Shown here: positions 21,033 through 31,256 of the stretch, piece by piece
Layout: every line of letters starts with the position of its first letter
Position numbering within the stretch: position 1 is the stretch's first letter
Assembly (NCBI GenBank): GCA_963837825.1
Contig: CAWIOR010000014.1
Span: 242,864 to 306,863 of the forward strand
DNA: 64,000 nucleotides
Direction: 5' to 3'
DNA from: an uncultured Chloroflexia bacterium
Lineage (GTDB): Bacteria > Chloroflexota > Limnocylindria > Limnocylindrales > CSP1-4
Program-made: the position numbers and the translations under genes
The notes under the pieces: model-generated
What the model was told of the DNA's origin: nothing
Database searches by the model: none
What the model saw: only the letters and a program-made list of their open reading frames with translations

Positions 21033-23768
21033 ATGAGCCAGGGTCGACCGGGCCCCAGCGGGACGGTCACCTTCCTGTTCAGCGACATCGAGGGGTCGAG
21101 CCGGCTCGAGCGCGACGTCGGCACCGACGTCTACTCGACCCTGCTCTCCCGCCACCGGGCGATCCTGCGCTCGGCGTTCGACGCTCACGGCGGGTCGGAG
21201 CAGGGCACCGAGGGCGACTCGTTCTTCGTCGTCTTCCCGAGCGCGGCCGAGGCGGTCCGGGCGGCCGTCGAGGGCCAGCGCGGCCTGGCCGCGGCGGACT
21301 GGCCGGACGGTCGGGCGATCCGCGTACGGATGGGCCTCCACACCGGGGAGGCGACCCCCAGCGAGGGCGGCTACGTCGGGATCGACATCAACCGGACGGC
21401 GCGGATCATGGCGGCGGGCCACGGCGGCCAGGTCCTCATCTCGGCGGCGACCCGCGGCCTGGTCGGCGATTCGCTCCCGGACAGGGTCGCCTGGCGGGAC
21501 CTCGGGGCCTACCGCCTGCGCGACTTCCCGGAACCGGAGCGGCTGAGCCAGCTCCTCGTCGAGGGCCTGCCCGCCGACTTCCCGGCGCTCCGGACGATCG
21601 ACGCCCGGCCGAACAACCTGCCGGCGTCGGTCACGACGTTCGTCGGACGCGAGCGTGAGCTGGCCGAAGCCGGGCAGCTGCTGGGCCGGGCCCGGCTCCT
21701 CACGGTGACCGGTCCGGGCGGGATCGGCAAGACCAGGTTCGCCATCGAGCTGGCCCATGCGGTCGCCGCCGAGTTCCCGGACGGGACGTTCTTCGTACCG
21801 TTCGAGCCGGTCGACGATCCGATGCTCGTGCCCGGGGCGATCGCCCGGACGGTGGGCATCGTCGAGAGCGGGCTCCGACCGCCCCTCGAGCAGCTCATCG
21901 AGCTCCTGGCCGGACAGAGGGTCCTGCTGATCCTCGACAACTTCGAGCGCCTGACGGCGGCCGCGCCGGTGGTCAACGACCTGCTGAGGGCCGCGCCGGG
22001 GCTGCGCTTCATCGTCACCAGCCGGGCGATCCTCCACCTGTCCGGCGAGCACGAGTTCCCGCTCGACGGGCTGGCCGTCCCGCCCGATCCCGAGCGGTTG
22101 GCGCCCGCTCAGCGGACCGGGCGAGCCGGGAGGATGGATGTCGCGTTCGAGCCCGTGCACCTGCTCGGCTACGACGCGGTCGAGCTGTTCGTCGAGCGGG
22201 CGAAGGCGGCCCGACCGGCCTTCGAGCTCGATCGCGCGAACGGCCCGACCGTGGCCCGGATCTGTGCCCGCCTCGACGGGATGCCGCTGGCCATCGAGCT
22301 CGCCGCCGCTCGGGTGCGACTGCTCCCGCCGGATGCCATCCTCGCCCGGCTCGAGCGCCAGTTCGAGCTCCTCGCGTCGGGGGCGCGGGATGTCCCCGAG
22401 CGGCAGCGGACGCTGCGTGGCGCGATCGCCTGGAGCTACGACCTGCTCGACGGTCCGAGTCAGCGCCTCCTCGAGCGCCTCGCCTGCTTCGTGGGTGGCT
22501 GCGATCTCGAGACGGCCGAGCAGGTCTGCGGTCCGGCCGATGAGCTCGGTGTCGACGTGTTCGACGGGATCGCCGAGCTCGCCGACCAGAGCCTCGTCCG
22601 CCGGTCGGAGGCCGGCGGCGAGATCCGGTTCTCGATGCCCGACACGATCCGGGCGTTCGGGCTCGACCGACTCGCGGCGACGGGGCAGGCGGACGAGATC
22701 ATGGGGCGGCATGCCCGAGCGTTCCTCGAGCTGGCCCGGACCGCGGAGCCACGCCTGTCCGGCGACGACCAGCGGCGCTGGCTCGAGCGCCTCGAGCGGG
22801 ATCACGACAACCTGCGCTCGGCCCTGGCCTGGGCCACGGACGCCCCGGAGCCGTCGATCGCCCTCGAGCTCCCGTACCGGCTCTGGCGGTTCTGGCAGAA
22901 GCGCGGCCACCTCGATGAGGCGCGTCGCCGGCTCGACGACATCGCGGCTCGTCCCTGGGCGAAGGAGGATCCGCAGGCCCGTGCGCGGCTGCTCGAGGCG
23001 CTCGGCGGCATCGCCTACTGGCAGGGCGACTTCGTCGCGGCGATCCCGGCCTACACGGGCGCCCTCGACCTGTGGCGCCAGATCGGTGACCGGGCGGAGA
23101 TCGCCAATGCGCTCTACAACCTCGCCTTCACCTACAACATCGACGCCAATGCCAACGAGGTGACGCCGGTCTTCGACATGCGCCTCGGGCGGCCACTCCT
23201 CGAGGAAAGCCTGACGATCTACCGAGAGCTCGGCGACCAGCGCGGGATCGGCAACGTCCTGTGGGCGATCGGCAGCGCCGACCTGTTCGCGAACCGGTCG
23301 GCCACGGCGCTGCCGATGTTCGACGAGGCGCGCGACGCGTTCAAGGCGAGCGGCGATCGGACGATGGAGGCGTGGGCCCTCCACATGGCCGGTACCGTCC
23401 ACGTCCTGGTCGAGGATTTCGCCGCGGCCGACGAGGCGTTCCGCCACGCGCTGCGCCACTTCCGGGCGTCCGGCGACATCACCGGCCAGGCCATCTCGGT
23501 CGAGGACTTCGCCACGCTGGCCCTGGCCTCGGGCGACAAGGAGCGCGGGATCCGGCTGTGGGCCGCGTCGCGACGGATCCAGGAGACGCTGGGCACCGGC
23601 CTGGTCCAGGCCCAGATCAACTCGGCCGGCCAGCAGGCCTGGCTCGACCCGGAGCCCGACGACGCGACGCCGGAGCGGCGCGCCGAGCTGGAGGCCGAGG
23701 GTCGCTCGTGGACGCTGGAGGAGGCGCTCGGCTACGCGGCCGACGGGGTGCTGCCGGGCGCAGGATGA
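21033..23768 (+). CDS. Class III nucleotidyl cyclase - STAND/NB-ARC-like ATPase - TPR protein
   Basis: FSDIEGS, EGDSFF, RMGLHTG, INRTARI; FVGRERE, GPGGIGKT, LILDNFE, LDGMPLAIELAA; C-terminal TPRs. Confidence 0.92.
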   Translation: MSQGRPGPSGTVTFLFSDIEGSSRLERDVGTDVYSTLLSRHRAILRSAFDAHGGSEQGTEGDSFFVVFPSAAEAVRAAVEGQRGLAAADWPDGRAIRVRMGLHTGEATPSEGGYVGIDINRTARIMAAGHGGQVLISAATRGLVGDSLPDRVAWRDLGAYRLRDFPEPERLSQLLVEGLPADFPALRTIDARPNNLPASVTTFVGRERELAEAGQLLGRARLLTVTGPGGIGKTRFAIELAHAVAAEFPDGTFFVPFEPVDDPMLVPGAIARTVGIVESGLRPPLEQLIELLAGQRVLLILDNFERLTAAAPVVNDLLRAAPGLRFIVTSRAILHLSGEHEFPLDGLAVPPDPERLAPAQRTGRAGRMDVAFEPVHLLGYDAVELFVERAKAARPAFELDRANGPTVARICARLDGMPLAIELAAARVRLLPPDAILARLERQFELLASGARDVPERQRTLRGAIAWSYDLLDGPSQRLLERLACFVGGCDLETAEQVCGPADELGVDVFDGIAELADQSLVRRSEAGGEIRFSMPDTIRAFGLDRLAATGQADEIMGRHARAFLELARTAEPRLSGDDQRRWLERLERDHDNLRSALAWATDAPEPSIALELPYRLWRFWQKRGHLDEARRRLDDIAARPWAKEDPQARARLLEALGGIAYWQGDFVAAIPAYTGALDLWRQIGDRAEIANALYNLAFTYNIDANANEVTPVFDMRLGRPLLEESLTIYRELGDQRGIGNVLWAIGSADLFANRSATALPMFDEARDAFKASGDRTMEAWALHMAGTVHVLVEDFAAADEAFRHALRHFRASGDITGQAISVEDFATLALASGDKERGIRLWAASRRIQETLGTGLVQAQINSAGQQAWLDPEPDDATPERRAELEAEGRSWTLEEALGYAADGVLPGAG

Positions 23769-23831
23769 GGGCGATGCCGCCCGACCTGGCGATGACGAGC
23801 GCCGGCTGAGGCCGGTCGCGGACCGATCACG

Positions 23832-25162
23832 GTGGACAGGATCCGCGGCTACGTCGGCCGGTTCGGCGGGTTCGAGCGCGATGCCAGGGTGTTCCTGGGC
23901 ACGGCGCTCGTGGCCGGTGCGGCGCTCAGCCTGTACTGGATCGACTTCAACCTCTACCTCGCCTCGATCGGCCTCACGCCGGCGACGATCGGCCTGATCG
24001 CGACGGCCGGCTCGGTCGCGTCGACCCTGGTCGCCTTCCCGGCCAGCGCGTTGTCCGACCGGATCGGCCGGCGGCTGGTCCTGGCCGGGGGCCTGGCCCT
24101 GATGCTCGTCGCGCTGGTCGGCTTCCTGTTCGTCCGCGAGCCGCTCGCGATCGGGCTCCTGGCGGCGGCCTACGGCGCCGGCCAGCAGGTCTTCTTCGTC
24201 GTCCAGAACCCGTTCCTCATGGAGCACAGCCGATCGGAGCATCGGAGCGAGCTGTTCGCCGTGGCCTTCGCCATCGAGAACGTCACGAACATCGTGGCCG
24301 CCATCGCCGGCGGCGCGATCGCGGTGCTGGTCGCGCGCTGGCGCGGCTTCGACCCCGAGGGCCCCGAAGCCTATCGGGTCCTGCTCGTCCTGATGTGCGG
24401 CCTGATGGCCCTCGCGATGGTCGCGATCTTCGTCGTCTCCGACGACCGTCCCGGACGCCGGTCGGTCCCGACGTCGGCGCGCTGCGGCCGGCGAGCCGGC
24501 CGCGTTCCCGGTCGACCCGTACCGGCCCCGGCTCGGCCGCCGCTTCGGGCTGGCCGTCCGGGACCGTCGGACGTTCATCCGGCTGCTCGTCCCGGGCTTC
24601 CTCATCTCGCTCGGGGCCGGCCAGGTCATCCCGTTCCTCAACCTGTTCGTCGAACGGAAGTTCGCGCTCGACCTGGCGACGCTCAACGCGGTCTTCGCGG
24701 TCACGGCCCTGGGGACGGTCTTCGCGATCCTGCTCCAGCCCGCCCTCGCCGCGGCGGCTGGGCAAGATCGGCTCGGTCGTGCTCGTCCAGGGGGTGAGCA
24801 TCCCGTTCCTCGTCGTGCTCGGCTTCTCGCCCGTCCTGTGGACCGTGATCGCCGCGATGGCGGTCCGCAACTCGCTGATGAACGCCGGCAACCCGATCTT
24901 CAACGCCTTCGCGATGGAGCGGGTCGGCCCGCGCGAGCGGGCGACCCTGTCCGCCGCGATGAGCGTCCTCTGGTCGTTCGGCTGGGTCATCGCCGGGCTG
25001 TGGTACAGCCTGCTCCAGGCGGTCCTCGGGTTCGAGCTCGGCTACGCCGTCGACTTCGTCACGATCATCGTCCTGTACTCGACGGCGACGGTCCTGCTAT
25101 GGGCCTGGTTCGGTCGGGACGAGCGGGCGGCCCGGGCGGCGCGACCGGCCCCCGCGGACTAG
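23832..25162 (+). CDS. MFS transporter (frameshifted)
   Basis: Motif A SALSDRIGRR, about 12 hydrophobic segments across ORFs 23832..24797 and 24395..25162. Confidence 0.85.
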
Positions 25163-25171
25163 ACTGACCCG

Positions 25172-26049
25172 GTGACCGCCGCAGACCCGCCCGGTCGGCC
25201 CCGGGCCGACGTCCCGCGACAAGACCGCGATCCCGAAGAACCCGGGCCGACGCGACCTCGGGATGAAGGCCACGCTCCTCTTCCCCGACCGGGACATCGT
25301 CGACCGGTTCTACGTCCCGCTCATCTACACCGCCTGCCGGACGTGCTACTCGGAGCTCGAGCCCGACGAGATCTTCCGGCGCGCGGTCGGCGGCGAGATC
25401 GACCCGGCCAAGCAGCAGAAGCTCATCCAGGGCGTGATCGAGTCGGGCCACGGCTCGACGATCGAGCACATCGTGTTCACGTTCGGGATCAGCGGCGTGT
25501 CGAGAACGCTCTCTCACCAGCTCGTCCGCCACCGGGCCGGCGTGGCCTTCGACCAGCAGAGCCAGCGCTACGTCACGTTCAAGGGCGCCTCGACGATGCT
25601 GCCCTCGACGCTGGCCGAGGGGGACCCCGAGCTGCGCCAGCCGCTACGAGGAGCAGATCGACGGCTCGCTCGAGCTGTACGGCGAGCTGGTCGCGGCCGG
25701 CATCCCCGGCGAGGACGCCCGGTTCGTCTTCCCCAACGCGACCCGGACGAACCTGGTGATGACGACGAACCTGCGGGCGCTCATCCACATGTGCGGCCTG
25801 CGCCTGTGCACGATGGCCCAGTGGGAGATCCGCCGGCTGTTCCAGCTGATCCGCCACGAGATCTTCCAGGTCTCGCCGTTCCTCGGCTCGTTCCTCGCCC
25901 CGAAGTGCGTCGCCCTCGGCTACTGCGACGAGATGGGCAACCGCGACGAGCACTGCCCGATCCGCCCGCACAAGGACAACGTCCTTGGCGCCTGGGCGGA
26001 GAAGACGAAGGCGGCCCGCGAGGCCGGCCGGGAGCTGTCCGTCCGCTGA
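25172..26049 (+). CDS. thyX: FAD-dependent thymidylate synthase (frameshifted)
   Basis: GHGSTIEH, SHQLVRHR...SQRY, EDARF, AQWEIR; TAGACT-6nt-GTG at 25172. Confidence 0.9.
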
Positions 26050-26186
26050 CCGCTGGCGGCTCGGGCTCCGGCGTCGCCGACCGCCGGACCGGCCACGGAT
26101 CGGCCGCATGACCGGTCCAGGATCGGCGCCGGCGAGCGATCGGCGGTCCACGCCGCTCGACTCCGGGCGGTCCACGCCAGACGCGA

Positions 26187-26348
26187 TCCTGTCAGGCGTT
26201 CCTCACCCGGACATTCGTCGTCGGATCGGCGAGGAACGGGGTCCTGTCGGGGCCGCGCCACGCTTCCGGGCCGACGCGTCGCCTCGATCCCGGGAGGGAT
26301 CGCGTCCGAGTCGTCGTCTGATGCTCACCTGGGGAACGCCTGACAGGA
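26187..26348. repeat. 162-bp element bounded by a perfect 16-bp inverted repeat
   Basis: tcctgtcaggcgttcc 26187-26202 / ggaacgcctgacagga 26333-26348, between convergent thyX and PNP. Confidence 0.75.
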
Positions 26349-26429
26349 CCGCCCGATGCGACGCGCAGGCTCCGGCAGCACCGCCCGGCACGAGGGACGA
26401 GCCCGGGCGCGCGCGGCGCGAGGCGCGCC

Positions 26430-27293
26430 TCAGCCGGCTGCCAGCCCGGCGACGAAGCGGCGGATGACCCGGGCCAGGCGCGGACCGGCCTGGGCGCCGG
26501 CCTCGAGGACCTCCTCGTGGGTCAGCGGCTTGCCCGAGTATCCGGCGCCGGCGTTCGTGACCAGCGACACCCCGCAGATCTCGATCCCGGCCCAGCGGGC
26601 GGCGATCGCCTCGAGGACCGTGGACATCCCGACCGCGTCGGCGCCCAGCGTGCGCAGCATCCGGACCTCGGCCGGGGTCTCGTACGACGGGCCGAGCAGC
26701 CCGATGTAGACGCCCTCGGTGTGGTCGACGCCTTCGGCCACGAAGGCCTCGCGCAGGCGGGCGCGCAACCGCGGGCTCCAGACGTCGGTCAGGTCGGTGA
26801 AGCGGGGCCCGATCTCGTCGGCGTTCGGGCCGAGGAGCGGGGTCCGGCCGGTCAGGTTGATGTGGTCGCCGATGATCATCAGCGTGCCCGGGCCGTAGGC
26901 CGGGTCGACCCCACCGGCCGCGTTCGTCAGCACGACGATCCGCGCGCCGAGCCGGCCCATCAGCAGGACCGGCTGGACGACCAGCCCCGGGTCGTTGCCC
27001 TCGTAGACGTGGAGACGACCCTGGAGCATCGCGACCGGGACCCCCTCCAGCCGTCCCAGGAGGAGGCGCCCGACATGGCCCGGCGCGGTCGCCGCGGGCC
27101 AGCCCGGCAGCTCGGCGAACGGGATCGCCAGCGGGTCGACCAGGTCGTCGGCCAGGCCGCCGAGCCCGGACCCCAGGACGATCCCGACCTCCGGCACGAG
27201 GTCGGTCCGACGGCGGACCGCCGCCTCGAGTGCGGCCAGCCGGGCGGGCTGGTCGGCTGGCGGGATCGGGCGCGAGGGATCGTGCTCGTTCAC
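26430..27293 (-). CDS. punA: Purine-nucleoside phosphorylase (trimeric type)
   Basis: GIVLGSGLG, QGRLHVYEG, TNAAGG, GPSYETPAE, VGMSTVLE, SLVTN. Confidence 0.93.
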   Translation of the reverse strand: MNEHDPSRPIPPADQPARLAALEAAVRRRTDLVPEVGIVLGSGLGGLADDLVDPLAIPFAELPGWPAATAPGHVGRLLLGRLEGVPVAMLQGRLHVYEGNDPGLVVQPVLLMGRLGARIVVLTNAAGGVDPAYGPGTLMIIGDHINLTGRTPLLGPNADEIGPRFTDLTDVWSPRLRARLREAFVAEGVDHTEGVYIGLLGPSYETPAEVRMLRTLGADAVGMSTVLEAIAARWAGIEICGVSLVTNAGAGYSGKPLTHEEVLEAGAQAGPRLARVIRRFVAGLAAG

Positions 27294-27369
27294 CCCCCGA
27301 GTCTATCGTCGGCCCCGACCCGGTGCGCGCGTCCGGAGACGGCGAAGATGGCCGGTCCTCCGTCCGCCT

Positions 27370-27825
27370 TCAGAGCTGCCCTTCGGTCCCACGCTCCATG
27401 ACCGCCTTGAGTCGCCGCAGATCCGCCCGCGTCTGGCGGACCATCACCCTGACGAACAGCGGCTCGACCAGCCGCCAGAGCGGTCCGCTGAGACCGCCCT
27501 CGGCGCCTCCGGACAAGCGACAGCCTCCGCCGTCGGGCTCGCAGCGATAGAAGGAGCGCACGCTGCCCGGTCCCTGCAGCACGCGGAAGCTGGCGTAGCG
27601 GGGTGGATCCCAATCGACGATCTCGGCCAGGAACTCCATCCGCCGCCCGAGGACGCGACCCACCTGGCGGCCCCGTCGACCCGGCCGCATCGGCTCGTCG
27701 GGATCGAGCCAGGTCGTCCGCTCGACATACGAGCGCCACCTGGGGTTGTTCTCCGCATCGGCGACGAAGGCGAAGACCTCCTCGGGCGACCGGTCGATGT
27801 GGATGCTCTCTTCGGCGTAGGCCAT
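27370..27825 (-). CDS. SRPBCC/polyketide cyclase family protein
   Basis: SIHIDRSPEEVFAFVADAENNPRW, C-terminal DLRRLKAVME. Confidence 0.85.
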   Translation of the reverse strand: MAYAEESIHIDRSPEEVFAFVADAENNPRWRSYVERTTWLDPDEPMRPGRRGRQVGRVLGRRMEFLAEIVDWDPPRYASFRVLQGPGSVRSFYRCEPDGGGCRLSGGAEGGLSGPLWRLVEPLFVRVMVRQTRADLRRLKAVMERGTEGQL

Positions 27826-27876
27826 CGGACCACCTCGGGCGGGGACGTCATCCTCGCCGAGAGCGCGGCGTCGGGC

Positions 27877-27907
27877 AAGAAGAAAGCCCGGCAACGAACG
27901 GCCGGGC
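27877..27907 (-). terminator. Rho-independent terminator
   Basis: Minus strand gcccggc-8nt-gccgggc stem followed by TTTCTTCTT. Confidence 0.75.
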
Positions 27908-28092
27908 CTCCTCTCCTCGCTCGTCCGGGGGGAGTACCGACACCGGGATGCCGGTCACATCCCCCCGGACGTCCGTCGGGGCGATGGTGAGACCGTCCCT
28001 CGGGAACGCGAAGCGCCCGAAGCGACCGGTAGAGGCAGGACACCGTTGATGCGATCTCCAGTGCCCGGGTCCCTGACGGCCCCTTCGGGCAT
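27877..28092 (-). ncRNA. Putative structured small RNA (~215 nt), family not recognised
   Basis: Own promoter and terminator; stems gcccgaag/cttcgggc enclosing gggcactg/cggtgtcc, and perfect 12-bp cgtccgggggga/tccccccggacg. Confidence 0.55.
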
Positions 28093-28097
28093 GGCCA

Positions 28098-28127
28098 ACG
28101 TTACGAGCGCCTCCGGGGAGGGGTCAA
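28098..28127 (-). promoter_or_regulatory. Sigma70-type promoter of the putative sRNA
   Basis: TTGACC (28127-28122)-18nt-TAACGT (28103-28098). Confidence 0.6.
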
Positions 28128-28132
28128 CGCGC

Positions 28133-28224
28133 TTGTCCACCAAGTTCGGCACGGGGCGCCGGGCGTGTCCACCGTTTTCGACGCCGTGTGGACGACCGGT
28201 GGACAAGGACGGAGCGGTGGACGA
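28133..28224. promoter_or_regulatory. Cluster of five DnaA-box-like 9-mers
   Basis: ttgtccacc 28133(+), gtgtccacc 28165(+), tcgtccaca 28187(-), ttgtccacc 28198(-), tcgtccacc 28216(-) versus the TT(A/G)TCCACA consensus. Confidence 0.55.
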
Positions 28225-28282
28225 GAACGGACCCGGCGGCCGCCGTCGATCGGCGTCCCGGAGTCCGGTGGAGCGGTCGGCC

Positions 28283-29336
28283 CTAGCCGCCCATCGCGAA
28301 CATCTCGACCCTGGGCAGGTCGGCGGTGGCCTCCGACCGGAGCTCCGAGTAGCGGTCCGCCCGGGCCGCCCAGACCGCCCGGATCGCCGCACCCACCTCC
28401 GCATCGCCGGCGCCCGACCGGACGAGCGCCCGGAGGTCCGTTCCCTTGACCGCGAACAGGCAGGTGTAGAGCTGGCCGTCGGCCGAGATCCTGGCCCGGG
28501 TGCACGCGCCGCAGAACGGCGCGGTCACCGAGGCGATGACCCCGACCTCGCCGCCGCCATCGGCGTACCGCCAGCGGTCGGCGACCTCACCGGGGTAGTT
28601 CGGCGGCAACGGCTCGAGCGGCATGTCGGCCGAGATCCGGGCGACCACCTCGGCTGCGGGGACGACCTCGTCGAGCCGCCATCCGTTCGAGTGGCCCACG
28701 TCCATGTACTCGATGAAGCGCAGGACGTGACCCTCCGCCCGCGCCCAGCGCGCCATCGGGACGACCGACGACTCGTTGATCCCGCGCCGGACGACCATGT
28801 TGACCTTGAGCGGGCCGAAGCCCGCCTCCCGGGCCGCCTCGATCCCATCGAGGACCCTGGCCACCGGGAACTCGACCCCGTTCATCGTCCGGAACGTCGT
28901 CTCGTCGAGCGAGTCGAGGCTGATCGTCACCCGGCCGAGGCCGGCCGACCGAAGCGCCGGCGCCAGTGCCCGCAGCGCCGAGCCGTTCGTCGTCAGGGTC
29001 AGCTCGATCGGCTGCCCATCGCCGTCGACGCAGCCCGGCGAGCATCGCGATGAGGTCCGGCAGGTCGCGCCTGACGAGCGGCTCGCCACCGGTGATCCTC
29101 AGCTTCTCCACGCCCTCGGCGGCGAACAGCCGGGCCAACCGGGCGATCTCCTCGAACGTCAGCACCTGGTCGTGGGGCAGGAACGCGAAGTCCCGCCCGT
29201 AGACCTCGCGCGGCATGCAGTAGGTGCACCGGAAGTTGCACCGGTCGGTGACCGAGATCCGCAGGTCGTGGACGCGCCGTCCGAGGCGGTCGGTGACCGA
29301 TCCGGGCAGGACCTCGGGCTCCGTCGGCGAGTCCAT
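28283..29336 (-). CDS. moaA: GTP 3',8-cyclase (molybdenum cofactor biosynthesis, frameshifted)
   Basis: [33 protein letters not shown]...TCLF, C-terminal GG. Confidence 0.95.
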
Positions 29337-29656
29337 GGACGGCATGGTACAGGCACCGCTCGGATACGCCCGGAACCTCCCGGCGAGGACCTCGGACCGT
29401 CCCGGACCTCGGCCCGGCCGACGGCCGGCGGCGGCGCGTGGGCCGGCGTCCGGCAGGCGGTGACCGGCGGCACCGAACCGCGGTGCCGAGTCGCACCGAA
29501 CGGCCGGTGACGCTCGGCACCGACCTGCACGCCGGTACCACCGGGTCCGACGGTTGGTACCTCTAGCGCACTCCACCGCACCCACTCCCGCTCCATACGA
29601 TGCGACCACGCCCGGAGATCGGGTCCAGGGATCTCACCCGGAGGGGACCGAACGTT

Positions 29657-31225
29657 ATGGCAGCGACCGAATCACGGACCGGCTTCCGGCTCCCCTGGAG
29701 CACGGAGGAGAAGGCGAACGGTCAGCGCACGGACGAGCCGCAGGAAGCGGACCGCCCGGCCGACGCCGACGCCCCCGAGGCCCACGCTGCCGAGAACGCG
29801 CCGACCGCGGAGGCCACGGCCCCGGAGCAGTCGACCGAAGCCCCGTCCGACTCGGCCGAGACGCCAGCGGCCCCGTCCACCGAAACCGGCCATCATGAGG
29901 AAGCCTCCGTGCATCCCACCTCCTCTCCCGCCCCCGCGTCCCGGCCGGCGGACGCCGCGCCGAGGAAGCCGACGAAGTTCCTGGCCGACCTGACCCGGGC
30001 GATGCAGGCCGCGGCCGAGTCGTCGCGGGCGTCGACCATGGAGCAGTTCCAGGCCGAGGCGAAGGACCACATCGAGAAGATCCACGCCCGGACCGCGGAC
30101 GAGGCCGCCGAGCTGCGCAAGGCCGCCGACGACGACATCGTCGCGATCCGCGACTGGTCGAAGGCCGAGCTCGCTCGCATCCGCGAGGAGACCGATCGCC
30201 GGATCACCCAGCGCAAGACCGACCTCGACGAGGAGCTCGAGGAGCACGCCGCCCGGATCGAGACGAGGATCGAGCGCGTCCAGGCCCGCGTGACGACGTT
30301 CGAGGCCGAGATGGACCGCTTCTTCGAGCGGCTGATGACCGAGGACGACCCGGCCGAGTTCGCGGCGATGGCCGAGAACCTGCCCGAGCCGCCGCCGTTC
30401 GTCGTCGACGAGCACGACGACACGCCGGTCGTCGCCAGGACGGTCCCGGTCGAGACCGCGCCGCCGACGGAGACGGTCGCGACGGCGCCGGAGACGGAGA
30501 CGGTCGAGGCCGCGCCGGCGAGCGCCGACGGCGGCCGCCAGGCGCCGACGGGGCCACCCAGGCGTCCGAGACGCCGCCGGCCGTGGCCGAGACCTCGACC
30601 GCCGCCGAGCCCGAAGCCGGGGGCGTCGAGTACGCCGTCCAGGACGATCCGGCGGCGGTCGAGGCGGCGATGGCGGCGATCGAGGCGGCCTACAAGGCGG
30701 CCGACAGCGAGGGCGAGCCGAAGGCCGAACCGGAGACCGAGGCCGAGGCGTCCGAGCCGAGCGCCGAGGCGGCCGATCCACGCCTGGCCGCCCTTGGCCT
30801 GAGCCCGGATCTCGGCGTGGCCGAGGCGGAAGCTGCCGCGGCCGCCCGACGACGAGATCCCGATGATCGACGACGATGCCCTGGCCGCCCGGCTGGCCGG
30901 CCTCGTCCCGCCGACCGGCTCGACGCCGCCGGCGCCGCGGCCGGTGGCGCCCAAGGCGGCGGCGGCGAGCCAGGTCGTGGTGACGGGTCTCGTCAGCGTG
31001 GCCAGCATCGCCAGCTTCAAGCGTCATCTCGGACGGGTCGCCGGTGTCCAGTCGGTCGGCGTCTCGTCCGGACCCGACGGAGAGTTCGTGTTCAAGGTGG
31101 CGCACGGCGCCGACGTGAACCTCGGCGATGCCATCCCGACGCTGCCGGGCTTCGAGGCCCGGGTCACCGGAACCGGTGACGGCGTCGTGAACGTCAGCGC
31201 GCGCGACCCCGAGTCCGAGGGTTAG
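29657..31225 (+). CDS. Hypothetical acidic coiled-coil protein with small C-terminal alpha/beta domain (frameshifted)
   Basis: Low-complexity A/E/P/T regions flanking a coiled coil (KFLADLTRAMQ...FEAEMDRFFERL); C-terminus VVVTGLVSVASIASFKRHLGRVAGVQSV in ORF 30863..31225. Confidence 0.7.
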
Positions 31226-31256
31226 GTCCGGCGCCGCCGGACCGTCCCGCGCGCCG

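Noticed and set aside
20985-24704. Very long ORFs such as 20985..24704(-), 55484..59464(+), 54945..58355(-) and 36392..38836(+)
   Set aside because: Antisense or off-frame shadows of real genes, expected at high GC; no motifs.
28133-28224. Replication origin oriC
   Set aside because: No dnaA/dnaN and no AT-rich unwinding element; boxes are imperfect.
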